Origin: Podarcis vaucheri | Taxonomy: Eukaryota | DNA: 64,000 bases | Reading direction: 5' to 3' (one strand) | Assembly (NCBI GenBank): GCA_965113315.1 | Contig: OZ220366.1 | In this document: positions 37,851 to 52,004 of the stretch, one piece after another | How the letters are laid out: every line of letters begins with the position of its first letter | How positions within the stretch are numbered: position 1 is the first letter of the stretch | Program-made: the position numbers and the translations under genes | Notes under the pieces: generated by a model | Told to the model about the DNA's origin: nothing | Database searches by the model: none | What the model saw: the letters and a program-made list of their open reading frames with translations, nothing else

Positions 37851-40800
37851 GTTGATATAACCATACTGGGGTAAAATTTGCTCCACATTGCATACAGTGC
37901 GGGAAGGGGGGATAACCTTGCAACCACCAACATTTTATCAGCCCATGTTTCTATGAGGTATGCCTGATCTCTCAAGAGAGCCAGGAGCTGGAGTGTCACT
38001 GCTGATTTACCATTATCTTCCTCAGCATTCCCATGGTAAGATAGAGTAAAGAAGGAAAGAAAGAAAAAAAGTGTGGTGTTACATTCTTACAAGAGTTTTT
38101 GCCTACTTCCCTCTCTGTTTCATTGTCTGCTGCTTGTGGGAGTGGGGGAGAAGAAATGTTAATGTTATGACCTCACCTCACATTATTTTTTTTGTAATGA
38201 CAAGGGCAATGTGGGTTGGCATAACATGTCATTTTGGCCTTAGATCCCTTTTGGATTGTAGCCAGCCGTAGCTCCTAGGAACCTGTAGCTTTTTGGTCTC
38301 TCTGGCATCCTTAAAAACACAGAGCAAGAACATGTTTTGGAACACACTGATGTTCACACACAAGGTTTATTTGTCTAGACCACAGGGTCATAACAGCAAT
38401 CACAAATAATGAATACAATCATAAAACCAAATAATAAAACATCCTTATTACAGTCTGCTATAAATCATGCATAAATCATGCAAAAGACACAGTTTTAAGC
38501 CAGCAGCTATACAGTAAACTTCACTGAGTGAAGGGTTCTGAGCTTCCTATTCCCTGTCCTCCCACTCCTTAGATACATTTTTGGGGTTTATCTCGAGAAT
38601 GGGAGAGCAGGCCTTGAAGCACTTTGGGAAGTCTGCAAAAACACATTTAGGAAAACAAAAAGGGGAAGGTGCCGCTGAACAAGCTCTCTCCCCGTCAAGC
38701 TGTTTTGGGCCCCCTCTCCTCTTAGGGTTTATTTGAAAGGGTGTTGTTGTTGTTACTTCTGCAAACCTTGGGGCTTCCATGAGCTTTGTGGTTCCTTCTT
38801 CTCGTGCATGAATAGTGCCATTTTGGCTACATAAGGTTTGGTTTTCAGAGAATAAATTCATTAATATTAGTATAATGTAGGATAAACCTGAATCCCCAGT
38901 TGGCTGGCTGCAAAGGATGGCAGGGCAAAGCATTTGCCAGGACATCAGGGCAAGGCAAGCGTCTGTGGCTCAAACAGTATCACCATTATACTTTGTATGG
39001 AGCCCCCAAGATGCTTATAGGGAACAAGAATGAATTCTTGGTTTGCATACGTGTTGCCTCTTGGAGGTTATGCGTGCTAATATATGATGTCAGGCACAGA
39101 GAAAGTAGGTGTGATTTACCTCAAACAGCTTAAGAGTACAACCCCTGAGACTTGGTGGGCCTGGTTAGGATTGTAGGCTAGAGGTTTCCCACCCCTGATA
39201 TAACTGATGACAAATTCAGCTGAGTGTATGCTGAAATGTGAGCATAGAAAATGTTAACATGCTGTTGTATTTCCCAGAAAAGAATTGGTAAAAAAGAAAA
39301 GCCATTCAGCTCACTAAAAAGAAGGAGAAATAAAGAACCTTTCTTTTTGGATCTGAATGTACTTGCTTGGGTTCAGTTTAGATGACTTAATTTTGATCCA
39401 ACTTTCAAAATTTCAGTTCACTTCTACAGCCTTCTTATTGTTCCTCCTTCGTACTATTTCTGAGTGAGGGCATCAGGCCAGGCAAACAGAGTAGCTCACT
39501 ATTTTAATGCTTGGCAATGGCAAAACAAAATCTCCATCTAGGCTTGGACTCAGATCCCATGAAAAAGGTTAATTCACCAGAATATGAGGTGACAATTTAT
39601 AACACATCCACAGAAACGATCAAGCTGACATCTTATAGGGAAAAAAAGGAGAAAGGATATTGAAAATTGCAGATTTGATCAAGGTTTCAAGCCCAGTTAC
39701 ACATTATGAAACAAATACGTAATTTGGATGCTGGTTTTTTAGATGGAAGGAAGACATGAAGACTTAAGGTCAGTTTTGATGCATTGGCTGCTGCTGCTGC
39801 TAGAGCTTTGTAGGACAAACCAGCTACTGAAATGAGCTTCTCTACTGATTCACAAGAAGTGTAGTGAGAGACAGGCTAAGCTTAGAAGCATGGTGAAACA
39901 ATATCATGATGGCCACATTCTGCTTGCTTCAAAGTCCTTGTCACTGATATTTTACCCCAGAAGTTTCTGAGTTGTTCAAGACTTGGACAGAGAGAGAAAC
40001 AAACACAAAGCCACTCAAACATAGCTTCACAACCATTCGATTGATTTGCATGTGTCATTTCATCGATCCTCTGTTTGAGATCAGCTGTAGAAGAGAAGCC
40101 GCCATTTTATGCTACCATCAACAGTTCTCCGTGTGCACAAGATAACATCTCTAAGGATAATTGCAGGTATTACTTCTGCTTGCACACCACAGGAACCAGA
40201 AGGCATGATTTCCAGAAATGTATCTGGAGGCCACCACAGACTATGTCCTCTTTAGTATAAAACTATTAGTGAAGTATTTCTGGAACAAGGCAACCTAGTC
40301 CATTTTCTGGCAGCTCTCTTCTTTCTAGGCCTTGACTATATTATTCCAGATGCAGCCATTCTCTCCCTAAAAACGGGTGAACTATTTATATTGCTGCCAG
40401 GAAATATTATGTCATTAAAATGTCTAGTAGGACTTAGCTGCTCTTTGGATCATTGGATTCTAATCTTAGCATGGAAGGGTCCTGAAGAAGAACTTCTTTG
40501 GAAAGGCTTTAGAAGGGGAAAACATTAAAATGATGCCTATTAACCAAAAGATAATTTACAGATGTTGGTACTGACTTCTGTTATATGACCTTGGGCATGT
40601 AGGTCTATTTTGCCTTAGCCTTATCTTGGAAAAAGGCTGGTTGAGTGTCCTATTTTCTCAGCAGCCATTTATTGAGCTCCAGCCTCTTGCTTGACTCAGG
40701 TCACTTGTTGGCTCAGGGGTAGCCATACAGATGCTTTTGGACTACAGTTTCCATCATCCCTGACCATTGAACACATTGACTGGGAGAAGGGCCATGTTGC

Positions 40801-43298
40801 CTGAATCTGGCATGAAGGGTTACTATTTTTCCTCTAAATTTTACTTGCACATGCCAGTACCTTTCTCAAGGACTAAGTATACAGTTGCCAGAAGGAGGCA
40901 TATGCCTATCAAAATAAATGAGCCTTCTGAAACCCCTGACGTGTAGCAGCCTACACCACCAGTTCCAAAGGTGTAGAGCCGCTGCAACAAATCTTTTCAA
41001 AGGAAGCTTTATTTGTCATAAGGAGAGACAACATTAATTCTTCCATGAGCATTTAATATGGGAAGCCTTTGATGTGGCTTTCTCCAACAATGCAAACCTT
41101 TGTTTCCTTTACAAGTTCTGAAGTGCTTTAAAAAAATAATAATTTAAAAACTTAGACAATTTTCAAGACTCCAAAGCACACCTATACTATTGTAGCTGAA
41201 GATAAGCTATGAGTTGAAAACAAGAGGCAATCCATAAAGGAACCTTTGTATGGGAAGCAGTGGTGTATAATTATGTATTTATTGAGGATTGACTGTTCTC
41301 TTAATCTTTTATCAAGTTTGGTCTAGAGAAGTATGGTCAAATATCCAAACCATACCATTTCCTTTCAAGTGCATCCTACAGTTGAGTTTCAGGTATAATA
41401 CAACCTCTGTAAAAACACTTCAAGCTTTGTATCCCCCCCCCCCGACAGTATCCTCCTCCCCTTTCTTCCCTTCTATCTTGGCATGAACTACTTTTTTAAA
41501 AGAAGCACCAGACTGAATTCTCTTTTTCACTATTCATAAGGGAAGGGGTAAACCTCACAGACCTTCTAAGCAGAAAACCTAATTATCATGAGGTAGAGAA
41601 TAACAAGAAAAATGTATTTTTATGTGATGCCAAATCATTTTTCTTTTTTAGAGACATGTAGGACTTGGAGGTTGAGGATATGTGAAAATTGTGGAGCCAA
41701 CCCACCCCATTGAAGTCAGTGACAACTCTCCCTTTGGTTTTAATGGCTCTGGATTCTACCCAGCGTATTTTAGCTTTTATTTATGAGATTTTCTTTCTTT
41801 CCTTACCCCCAATCCCAAAGCAAAATGGGTGATGAGAGGTTGTCATTCTATGCCTGGCAAGTGCCAAGGTATCATAATCATCATACTCCTTTTTTTCTTT
41901 AGAAATATTCATCGAGGTTTTTAATTTCCAGACATCTCAGATCTAGAGCCAACTTGTTTTTTTTAAAAGGACTATCAAAACTCTATATTTTGCAAACTCA
42001 TGAAGATTAGTTCCTTTCATGCCCAATGAAGTCTAGAAAGGTATGAGATCTTTGGATGGCATTGTCTCAAAATGGGGGATAAAGAATATCTAAGAACTAT
42101 AGATAAAATGAGCAGTTTACTGTAAATAAGTAACAAAAAACACCTGAAATACAAAGTAAAAGATAAAATCATCAGAAAGCAAAAAGCCACATAAACACTG
42201 TACAACCTCAGAACTTTTCTTTTTAAAGAAATCAAAAACAGTTTTGAAAAACAGATGCTTAGAACATCTAAAGTTTTTACAATGCACAGGTGAAAAGAAG
42301 GGCCTTGCATTGAAAAAACACTGTGACGGCTATGATAACAGATTGCTGGCATAGATGGGCCTTTGGCCTGATCCAGCAGGGCTCTTCGTTCTTATGTACC
42401 CCTGAGGTGTACACCAACATAAGGAACAAGAATCTCCTGTCCCACCCAGTTACAGCACTTGTTCCCATTTGTAGCTACCTATGATGATCACCACATGTAA
42501 CACCTTTCTCAGCCAGAGCAGACAGCTTAGCGCCTTAACATTTGCTGTCTTGAGGGGAAGGGTTCCCTGACAAATGGTGGGGTGTGTCTCTCCCCCCCCA
42601 ACTTTCCCACCAAAGTCCTATATTTTCTTTAGCATCATCCACAGACAAAACAAAGCAATAGAAATTTCATACATTTACTGCTTTCAGCTAGAATTACTGG
42701 CAGATGGGGGCGATGTATGAAAGCGAGAGCAGATGCGAAAGCCATAACATGCAATCCATTTTCTTTCCTATGATAAGAGTGATTTCTAGGCTGCTTGGAG
42801 TTTCCAGATTACTTTCATTCGAGAAATGGTTCACCTATCCACATTGCAGCTTGGACTTATCAACTGGAAGCAATTAGCCTTTGAATGAGGAAGGTTTCAA
42901 TTGAGTAAGAAGGAGCAAGCCCCATCTGTAATGGAGTCCCTTTAGGCTATGTTGGCTAAAAGGTTCAATAAGTTGAAGTCAGCGTGTTTCCTTTTGAGTG
43001 TTCTTTTTTTAAAAAATAAAAAAGCTTCAAATGTTTCCAATAGAAAATGAGCCTCTCAGCCGTTTGTCTGACCACAGATGATTGTCCTTGTGGGGTGGCA
43101 GTAAGTATTGTATCTTTTATTTTTCTTGACATGGTTTGTTTGAAGTGTCAGTCTAGTACAACAGTGAATATATAGTCCAGATGTGGTGACTTCAGCATTC
43201 AGGACAACTACAGGAGATGATGATTTGTGATTGAACTTTTTTTTTTTACAGAAATCTTTCATTTAAATTAAGCAGCATGATGCAGCCACTGAAATAAA

Positions 43299-43438
43299 CA
43301 GGCAAGAATAAGGAACCTGTGGTCCTCCAGATATGGTTGGACTGCAGCTCTCATCATCCCTGACCTAGCTGTGCTGGCTGGGAATGATGGGATTTAGAGT
43401 CTAACATCAGTTGGAGGGCCTGAGGGTCCCCACTACTG
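43299..43438. mobile_element. Palindromic hAT-type MITE
   Basis: ggaacctgtggtcctccagat...gttggagggcc...gtccccactactg. Confidence 0.65.
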
Positions 43439-44629
43439 AATTAGGATCTCTAGGAATATGGCAGTATGGAAAACAGTAAATAACAGGTGTCTAGGCTGAA
43501 GTGTACATTTTTACATAGCAGTACTGGTAATTTCCATTGGATTCAACAGGACTTCTTCCAGATAGGTATGTTTAGAATTCCAACCTTAATTAGATAAACT
43601 CAAATATATAAAGCATTTATATGATACACACAATACTTGGTAGGATCTTCATCTTGCAACGAAGTTAGGCAGGGTCAAAATGCCTGCTTGTGCTCATATC
43701 ATATATACACTAAGAAATTTAAAATTATATATGATAAGTGTTTGTAGCAGTGGTGTGCAGTCAGTAGACTAGGTGGACTAGGTTAGTTCCCTAAATGTTC
43801 CCAGTAAATTGAAGAATTAAAGCCTGGTGCCTCCTTCCCAAAGCCCAAGCCTGGCTTAGGGAGGGAGGGTGTGATACTCATGCATGCAACGTTGCAACAC
43901 CACACACACAACATTGCCTCCCTGATCGCCCTTGCAAGCTGGCACCTCTGACTTTAATGTTTCCCTATGAAAACTTTCACCGCATGCCACTGGTTTGTAG
44001 ATTAAATTATAAAGAGTCATTGAGAAAGCAACCTTGATACATTTCCTCAAGAAAGGTTCCCTTGATTTTGATAAGTTTACTGAGAGGCAAAACAGGTTAA
44101 TGGGCCATTCTGATTGAGTCTCAGTTCTTAATACAATGCAAAATTTAAACTGGCAGTCCACAATTCTGTACTCTTAGAGCGAATACACAATGTGAACTGG
44201 CTTCCATTCTCAATTTGATCTCTCACGTTTTGTGTTTTTAACTCAGCTTATCTATTACAATTTACTGTATCTCCTTCCCAAACAAATCACCATCTCCAAG
44301 GATTTAGGGTTTGTCCATACCCTCTGAATGCGGTCATCTCATCCTCACAGCTGGAGTACAATTCAGTTAGACTATCCAATACCATAAGTATACATTTTGT
44401 TTAACAAATAATAAAAGCATTTTTGGCATAAGAATTAACAGAACTCTGAAAACAGAGACATGGAAATTTAAACTGTGCTTCCAGCTTTCAGGAAAATTGC
44501 TTTAACTGGGTCAGCGATGCTGCCTTTCCAAAAGTGCCCCAAGATGTTCTTTAACTAAAAAGGTCACTGTTCTGTGTAGCACGTCACCCCTATTGAGCAA
44601 GTGAATTGGACAAGTGTAAACTAATCTAC

Positions 44630-45379
44630 AAAGTGAGGAGGAATTAAAGAAATTAAAGAACCTTTTAATGAGGGTGAAAGAGGAGAGCGCAAAATATGGT
44701 CTGAAGCTCAACATCAAAAAAAACGAAGATCATGGCCACTGGGCCCATCACCTCCCGGCAAATGGAAGGGGAAGAAATGGAGGCAGTGAGAGATTTTACT
44801 TTCTTGGGCTGCATGATCACTGCAGATGGTGACAGCAGTCACGAAATTAAAAGATGCCTGCTCCTTGGGAGAAAGGCGATGGTAAACCTAGACAGCATAT
44901 TAAAAAGCAGAGACATCACCTTGCCAACAAAGGTCTGTATAGTTAAAGCCATGGTTTTCCCAGTAGTGATGTATAGAAGTGAGAGCTGGACCATCAAGAA
45001 GGCTGATCGCCAAAGAATTGTTGCTTTTGAATTATGGTGCTGGAGGAGACTCTTGAGAGTCCCATGGACTGCAAGAAGATCAAACGTATCCATTCTTAAG
45101 GAAATCAGCCCTGAGTGCTCACTGGAAGGACAGATCCTGAAACTGAGCCTCCAATACTTTGGCCACCTTATGAGAAGAGAAGACTCCCTGGAAAAGACCC
45201 TGATGTTGAGAAAGATGGAGGGCACAAGGAGAAGGGGACGACAGAGGACGAGATGGTTGGACAGTGTTCTCGAAGCAACAAGCATGAGTCTGACCAAACT
45301 GCGGGAGGCAGTGGAAGACAGGATTGGTCCATGGGGTCACGAAGAGTCGGACACGACTAAACGACTAAACAACAACAAC
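44630..45379 (+). mobile_element. BovB (RTE) LINE, 5'-truncated
   Basis: ORF 44732.. carries FTFLGCMITADGDSSHEIKR, FELWCWRRLLRVPWTARRSN. (CAA)n tail and 12-bp TSD aaactaatctac at 44618-44629 and 45380-45391. A small deletion near 45320 frameshifts the C-terminus. Confidence 0.95.
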
Positions 45380-45811
45380 AAACTAATCTACCTGCTTTGC
45401 AGCTCTCTCTGTGACTCTCAACAGACAGCTTTCTCAAGTATCATTTTTTCACAAGACCAACGTTATGTGTAGATGTAGTCAAAATTCTTTGCAGATCCTC
45501 TGTGAGCTTTCCCAGAATTTTTGTTTTAATGACTGATATTTGTTTCAAAGAGAATCAATCAAATTTTATAGTAAGTTGTATGGGCAAAACCACACCCATC
45601 TTAATTTTGAATAGACTTTATTAGACAGTATTTGGGAAAAGTTTGGGCCCAACTCTCTCCCTCTGCCTAATGAAATAGCTGCTATAGATGAGGGTGGAAC
45701 TTGATATAGCTGGTCCTTCAAGAGCATCCACTCTCATCTCAGTCTTATAAAGGACATTCTTTAAATTAAAAGATTAACCATTTACTGAGTTCATATCTGC
45801 AGGAATAACTT

Positions 45812-46072
45812 AGAAGAAGAGTAGAAGAAGAAGAGTTTGGATTTGATATCCCACCTTTCACTCCCCTTCAGGAGTCTCAAAGCAGCTAACATTCTCCTCT
45901 CCCTTCCTGCCCCACAACAAACACTCTGTGAGGTGAGTGGGGCTGAGAGACTTCAGAGAAGTGTGACTAGCCCAAGGTCACCCAGCAGCTGCATGTGGAG
46001 GAGTGGAGACGCGAACCCAGTTCCCCAGATTACGAGACTACCGCTCTTAACCACTACACCACACTGGCTCTC
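45812..46072 (-). mobile_element. Squam3-like tRNA/CORE SINE, full length
   Basis: Minus strand gagagccagtgtggtgtagtggttaagagcggtagtctcgtaatctggggaactgggttcgcgtctcc (A/B boxes), CORE-like gctgggtgaccttgggc, (TTC)n tail. Confidence 0.88.
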
Positions 46073-46262
46073 ATAATAGCCACATAATAGTTTTTTGAAA
46101 GCATAATGATGACACTGGCAGATTGTCAGGAGCTGTCAGGGTTGGAAAACAAAATTTTAATTTGATATATGATATCAGCTGTAGGGCATGTGGGTGTGGC
46201 TTGGGGAAAGCACCCATACAGGCCTGGTCTAATTAGGCATATACGATCCAGAGGTTCTCCAC

Positions 46263-46369
46263 TGCTGGACTCCAACTACCACCACCCCTGGCCAATGGAT
46301 GTGCTGGCTGGGGCTGATGGGACTTAAGTCCAATAATATTTGGAAGCCACCAGATATTGCCTTCCCCTG
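46263..46369. mobile_element. Palindromic hAT-type MITE fragment
   Basis: ggactccaactacc...gctggctggggctgatggga...cttcccctg. Confidence 0.55.
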
Positions 46370-46519
46370 ATATAGAAGATAAAAATCAGAAGTGGATCTC
46401 ATTTTTTTTAGCTTGCAGTTAAAGTTGGTTCAGCATCTAGAAAGATTGAAGATTTCTAAGCTGGATAGTCTAGTGAGTCTTTCCTCCCATGATTCTCATT
46501 TCCCTTATCCAAAGGTTTT

Positions 46520-47544
46520 CATAGAATCATAGAGTTGGAAACACCATCAGAGCACTCCTGACACATGGTTGTCAAGCCTCTGCTTAAAGGCCTCCAAAGA
46601 AGGAAACTCCACCACACTCCTTGGCAGCAAATTCCACTGTCGAACAGCTCTTACTGTCAGGAAGTTCTTCCTAATGTTTAGGTGGAATTTTCTTTCTTGT
46701 AGTTTGGATCCATTGCTCCGTGTCCACTTCTCTGGAGCAGCAGAAAACAACTTTTCTCCCTCCTCTATGTGACATCCTTTTATATATTTGAACATGGCTA
46801 TCATATCACCCCTTAACCTCCTCTTCTCCAGGCTAAACATGCCCAGCTCCCTTAGCCGTTCCTCTTAAGGCATCGTTTCCAGGCCTTTGACCATTTTGGT
46901 TGCCCTCCTCTGGACACGTTCCAGTTTGTCAGTGTCCTTCTTGAATTGTGGTGCCCAGAACTGGACACAGTACTCCAGGTGAGGTCTGACCAGAGCAGAA
47001 TACAGTGGCACTATTACTTCCCTTGATCTAGATGCTATACTCCTATTGGTGCAGCCCGGAATTGCATTGGCTTTTTTAGCTGCCGCGTCACACTGTTGGC
47101 TCATGTCAAGTTTGTGGTCAACCAAGACTCCTAGATCCTTTTCACATGTACTGCTCTCAAGCCAGGTGTCACCCATCTTGTATTTGTGCCTCTCATTTTT
47201 TTTGCCCAAGTGCAATACTTTACATTTCTCCCTGTTAAAGTTCATCTTGTTTGTTTTGGCCCAGTTCTCTAATCTGTCAAGGTTGTTTTGAAGTGTGATC
47301 CTGTCCTCTGGGGTGTTAGCCACCCCTCCCAGTTTGGTGTCATCTGCAAATTTGATCAGGATGCCCTTGAGCCCATCATCCAAGTCGTTGATAAAGATGT
47401 TGAATAAGACTGGGCCCAAGACAGAACCCTGTGGCACCCCACTAGTCACTCTTCTCCAGGATGAAGAGGAACCATTGATGAGCACCCTTTGGGTTCGGTC
47501 AGTCAGCCAGTTACAAATCCACTGAGTGGTAGCATAGTCAAGAC
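46520..47544 (-). mobile_element. CR1 LINE, 5'-truncated, with RT pseudogene
   Basis: ORF 46865..47485 has [21 protein letters not shown]...KFADDTKL and continues in frame into 46547..46840 after one nonsense codon. Tail ttccaactctatgattctatg. Confidence 0.96.
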
Positions 47545-48022
47545 TTTATTGCAGCATAAACCTCTTTTTTCAGCTAGTATTATCTAGCCTTGGGGCTGAT
47601 GCTTGCTTTTCAATTTCATGTTACCACTGTCTGTTTGCTGCATCATTTTGAGTTAAAAATTTAAAAAGGTTAAATCTAAACTATATACAGAAAATGATAT
47701 ATGTTACACTAGATAACTAGTGTAATAGCACCAGTTACATATCTGCAGTTTAAACCCACTGCTGTACTTGATTGAAGCACCAATAACAGCAATATAATGG
47801 TATACATTGTTACTCTTCATTCTGTAGGATTAGGGTCAACTTTATCATCATCATCATCATCTAAACAAGTGGGCTTATTGTCTCATATCTTTAACAATGT
47901 GCATTTGACAGTGGAAATATAAGCTTTATTTATAATCCCTTAGCAAGTGAGATGTCACATTATGAAGTTTATGCAGTTCAGAGAACTAGACATCTACTGA
48001 TAAGACCTAGCAGGTTTGTACC

Positions 48023-48061
<39 letters not shown>

Positions 48062-48072
48062 GAAAGAAAGAA
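48023..48072. repeat. (GAAA)n microsatellite
   Basis: About 12 units with one interruption. Confidence 0.95.
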
Positions 48073-48081
48073 CCCCATGAG

Positions 48082-48400
48082 TAGGGCTGGGCAAATTTTC
48101 AGTTTCTCATTTTTACTCTCTTATGTTTGTCACATTTCCACATCAGTGTGTGTTTTTGTTTTTTTAAGTCTACAGGAAAATTCAATAGCATGTTAGTGCA
48201 AATTTTCCCCAATGCTTGTATGCCATTTTCCTTAATAAATACCCTAACAATTCTCCCTAACAAAATGCATGTTTGTATGCCATTTCCACCAATATATGCA
48301 TTTTTATGCACTCTGTACCCTAATATATGCATTTTATCCTGCTAGGCAACTGCAATGAAAAATTCAGGCAAATGTGAATTTTGAAGCATGACTGGTTTTT
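48082..48400 (+). mobile_element. Old TAGGG-terminus DNA transposon, same family as 11309
   Basis: tagggctggg...cagtttctcattt...cacatttccacatcag...atatgcattttt. Confidence 0.55.
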
Positions 48401-51400
48401 AATTCCAGTTAGATAGCTTTACCTTTAATCAATTTTTGACCTGAATAATTTTTTTTCTCCCTTCCCTATCAATGGGACTCTCTTTATGGATTGTTTGTTG
48501 CCCCTTGCAATGGCTCTTTTCTAAATAAGTATCATTCTTTGGACTGCATTCAATTGTATCCATGCTTAAATGGGAGTCCAATCACTTCAGTGGGGCTTAA
48601 TATTTAGAAGACATGCCTTGGATGGCAATGTTAGCAAATTTTTCCATTTGGTTGTATAAAACATTGATACTCTTGTCACCAGGATCAGCAGATTGCAGCA
48701 TAAACCTCTTTTAATCCAAATGTTATGGCTCAACTGGCTTGCAGACCAGGCTGCTGTCAATAATATTCCTGTCCAAAGTACCTAAACAAATGCTGAAAAA
48801 AACTGTTGCCATTGTCATAAACTCCTGAAAAATAATATGGCTTGTTGTCACACTTGCTGAACCACAGCAGCAAGGCAAGGCAACTGCTTTCTTGTCACTT
48901 TAATCCCACCATGATTTACACAGTTTATGTCCTAAACTTTCCCATGTGCTCTTGGGACTGTTTTTCTGGCCAAAAATTCCATTTGTATATAAAGAATAGC
49001 TTGCAAAATAGAAAGGAAAGGCTTCATAGGCTCACTTAATAATTTCAATTAAGCTGCATTGTGACTGAACAAGAGCCTCTGAAAGTCTCTTTCAGCCCCC
49101 TGATCTCCAAATGCTAAGAGCATCTATTATGGGCCTACCCAATAATACAATAACTGTAGCACAACTGGACTGTGTCACAAGTTGGGGGAAGGGGAGGATC
49201 TGAAGGGAAAAAATACTGTACATTGTGATCAATGGTACAGAACACAATGTTCTGCCAACACCTTTCAGAGCATATATTTCCAAGTACTAAAACTTTTAGA
49301 AACACTTCCAAGATCCAGTGATGCTGCTTGTTGGTGAAGCATGGGGTGGGGGGGCGGGGGACAGAAGAAGAAATAAGAAGAGAATATATCAGAGAGATAT
49401 CTAAAGAAAAGTTTGATCAGAGTGACAGGTCACAGTGTGCTGACTACTAAGGACTATGAATATATCTGTCCTGTGGGCAAGAACAAAGATTATTCTTTTC
49501 CCATTCAAGATTATTCTTTTCCAATTCCCTCACTCTAAGTAGCCCTTCACTGGCACCCATAGATGCAAACTGTGAAGAAGAATTCTGCTCTCTCTGACTA
49601 CACTGGGCCCCAAAGCACTATTGGTGGCGGGCTACAGGGAGGCAATGCACATTGGCATCAGCATCAAGAGGTGTGGCTGCAGAGTTTTTAAATCCACGCA
49701 GTGCTTCTTTGGCCTTTTGACATAAACTCAGTCCATCTGCAGCTGCAGTGCAGGAATTCCAGTCACTTCTAGTCTGCATAGGATTTTTTCTTCTGTCCAA
49801 AGATACACTGAGTTGGGTAGGGTTTTATGTCCACTCTGCAGTGGATATTGCAGGTCAGTTAGGGTCTAAGCGTGGGTGTTGTTAAGTAAGTCCATTGGTC
49901 ACATTTTGGGAAGGTAGGTGTAAGAAAACCTAATGGGAGAGAAAAGTGAGCAGATGAGCACCCTTAGGCCCCTTTGAAGATGAGGGACATTTCCAGAGGC
50001 CAGCTACTCTGGGTTGTGGGGCCCATAATCTGAATGTGGATTTTTCTTGAGACTAACCTGTTGCACCTGCCAAGAATTGTAGGTTCCCAAAATAGGCTGT
50101 GGACAGAGTGAGCTTTCTACTCACTGGAAAGTGAGGCTGAGGCTTGGGGGTTTTCCTTGTCAAGTCCTTTGCCATGAGCTGGGTTTGGCTCATCCAACAG
50201 AGACATTTGAGATGAGCTTTCCATGCTTCTGTCATTTCCCCTGCAGATGTTATCAACAAAATGTGGCCCTAGTTCAACCCATTTCAGTGTCTTGTCTCTT
50301 TGTTCCTGGTTCTGGTCACAAAAGAACACAGTGTGCTTGCAGACATCCGTTTGCCATAGCCATGCGTAAGTCATTTGATGCATCGAGAGAGAAGATGTAA
50401 CAAGGTCATAATGAAGGATGAAACAGGCATCAGTAAAAATGGGGCAAAATATGATGGAGGAAAGGGTTTTAAAGCACCTTTTGAATGTGATGTGCTTTGT
50501 CAACAGCCTCAACTGTCCTCTGATTATTTTTTATTTCATTTTAGTTTGTGCATCCCTACACAAAAAGTCTTTCAAACAAGGAATGATGTTTAAATTTCAT
50601 TGTCCGTACCTGCATTGCAATTCTGAATGCACCCTTTGCAATTTCATGTGCCAGGCCCTGAACCTCACAGTTAAATTTGATGAAGAACACATGACAAACT
50701 CTACCTGTTCTTTAAGAGGACAAAACTGCTGTATGTTTAACGAAAGGCCAACAAAAATACTCATTCCTACTTCATTACCTGAGTCAGAGTTACTGACAGA
50801 ACATTTCACTCTGCCGGTGGAGTGCAAATAGTATTTCAACACACAAAGATTTTGAAAAATCAAGGCTAGGTCATATATTTTCAATACAGCAATGAGTTTT
50901 TCATCAGGCTAATGATATAATCATGATATTGAGAGCTCATGAAGGATACAATGCCTCCATGAAGTTTAAAGTAAATAGTGGAGTCGAATTCAACGGTTTA
51001 ACAATTTCAGATAAAGTCAAAATGAAAGCTTGATTTAAGTGTGTTATATCTGTGTTGATTTAAGGCTGCATTCACAATCTTGGCAGTTTGTTCCATTTTT
51101 ATTGTTTCCTTAACTTTAATTTCCACAATATATTTGAGCTTCCACATTATCAAAAATACACTTCTGGACCTATAGTGACATTTAAGACAATATTGCCATA
51201 TTGTTTGCAAACGGAAGCAAATAACTCATAAATGAGCACAAAACTTATTTCTTAAGACAAATCAAAAATACAAAATTGAAAGCTTTAATAATATGCATAC
51301 TTACTTGAAAATAAGTCTCACTGTACACTAAAGTGGGACCTGAATAAACACATAGGATTGCACATTTCATCATTGGCTGCATTCAGTCTTTCACCTTCTC

Positions 51401-51619
51401 CAGTGTAGCTGCAAAGAGGGAATTGGAAAGTTTTGTTTGGCAGATGCAATAAACTACAGCTAATTGGGCTTTTTTCAACAAAACATAGTTAGGATCAACC
51501 ATAGTTTGTCAGGGGTTTTCTATCATGACAAGCTATAGTCATATAGGTCCTTATAATATCAGTGGAAACAGTTGGTCTTGGCAAGTATTAACCATTTCCA
51601 ATTTTAACCTGAAGATTGC

Positions 51620-51786
51620 CACTTGTCCAGTTTTAGTTTTAATTTTAATGGTTTGAATTAATTGTGGGATGTATCTTAATTGATTGATCGCTTGTATTAT
51701 GCATATCATCTTATTTATATGATGTTAGCCGCTCTGAGCCTGGCTTTGACCGGGGACGGTGGGATACAAATTATTATTATTATTAT
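51620..51786 (+). mobile_element. L2 3' UTR fragment
   Basis: gatgttagccgctctgagcctggctttgaccggggacggtgggatacaaa plus (TTA)n. Similar to 30190-30250. Confidence 0.7.
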
Positions 51787-52004
51787 CAATTCTAAAATGA
51801 AAAGCTTCTGAACTCTTCCTTGCAGCTATGCCAGAGGAGAAGAGGGAAGTGCACAGCTTGTTTTTGTAATGTTTCTGTAAACCATGGTTCAGGTCCAAAT
51901 GAGGACATCATAATTTACTGTACAGTGAATAGCAAGTACCACTCACTCATACTTGTTGAGAGCTATTATCTTATTCTCTAGTGTTGTTTTTTAAACTGCA
52001 GATA

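Noticed and set aside
42481-42555. C/D box snoRNA candidate (ATGATGA)
   Set aside because: No correctly placed CTGA D box or terminal stem.
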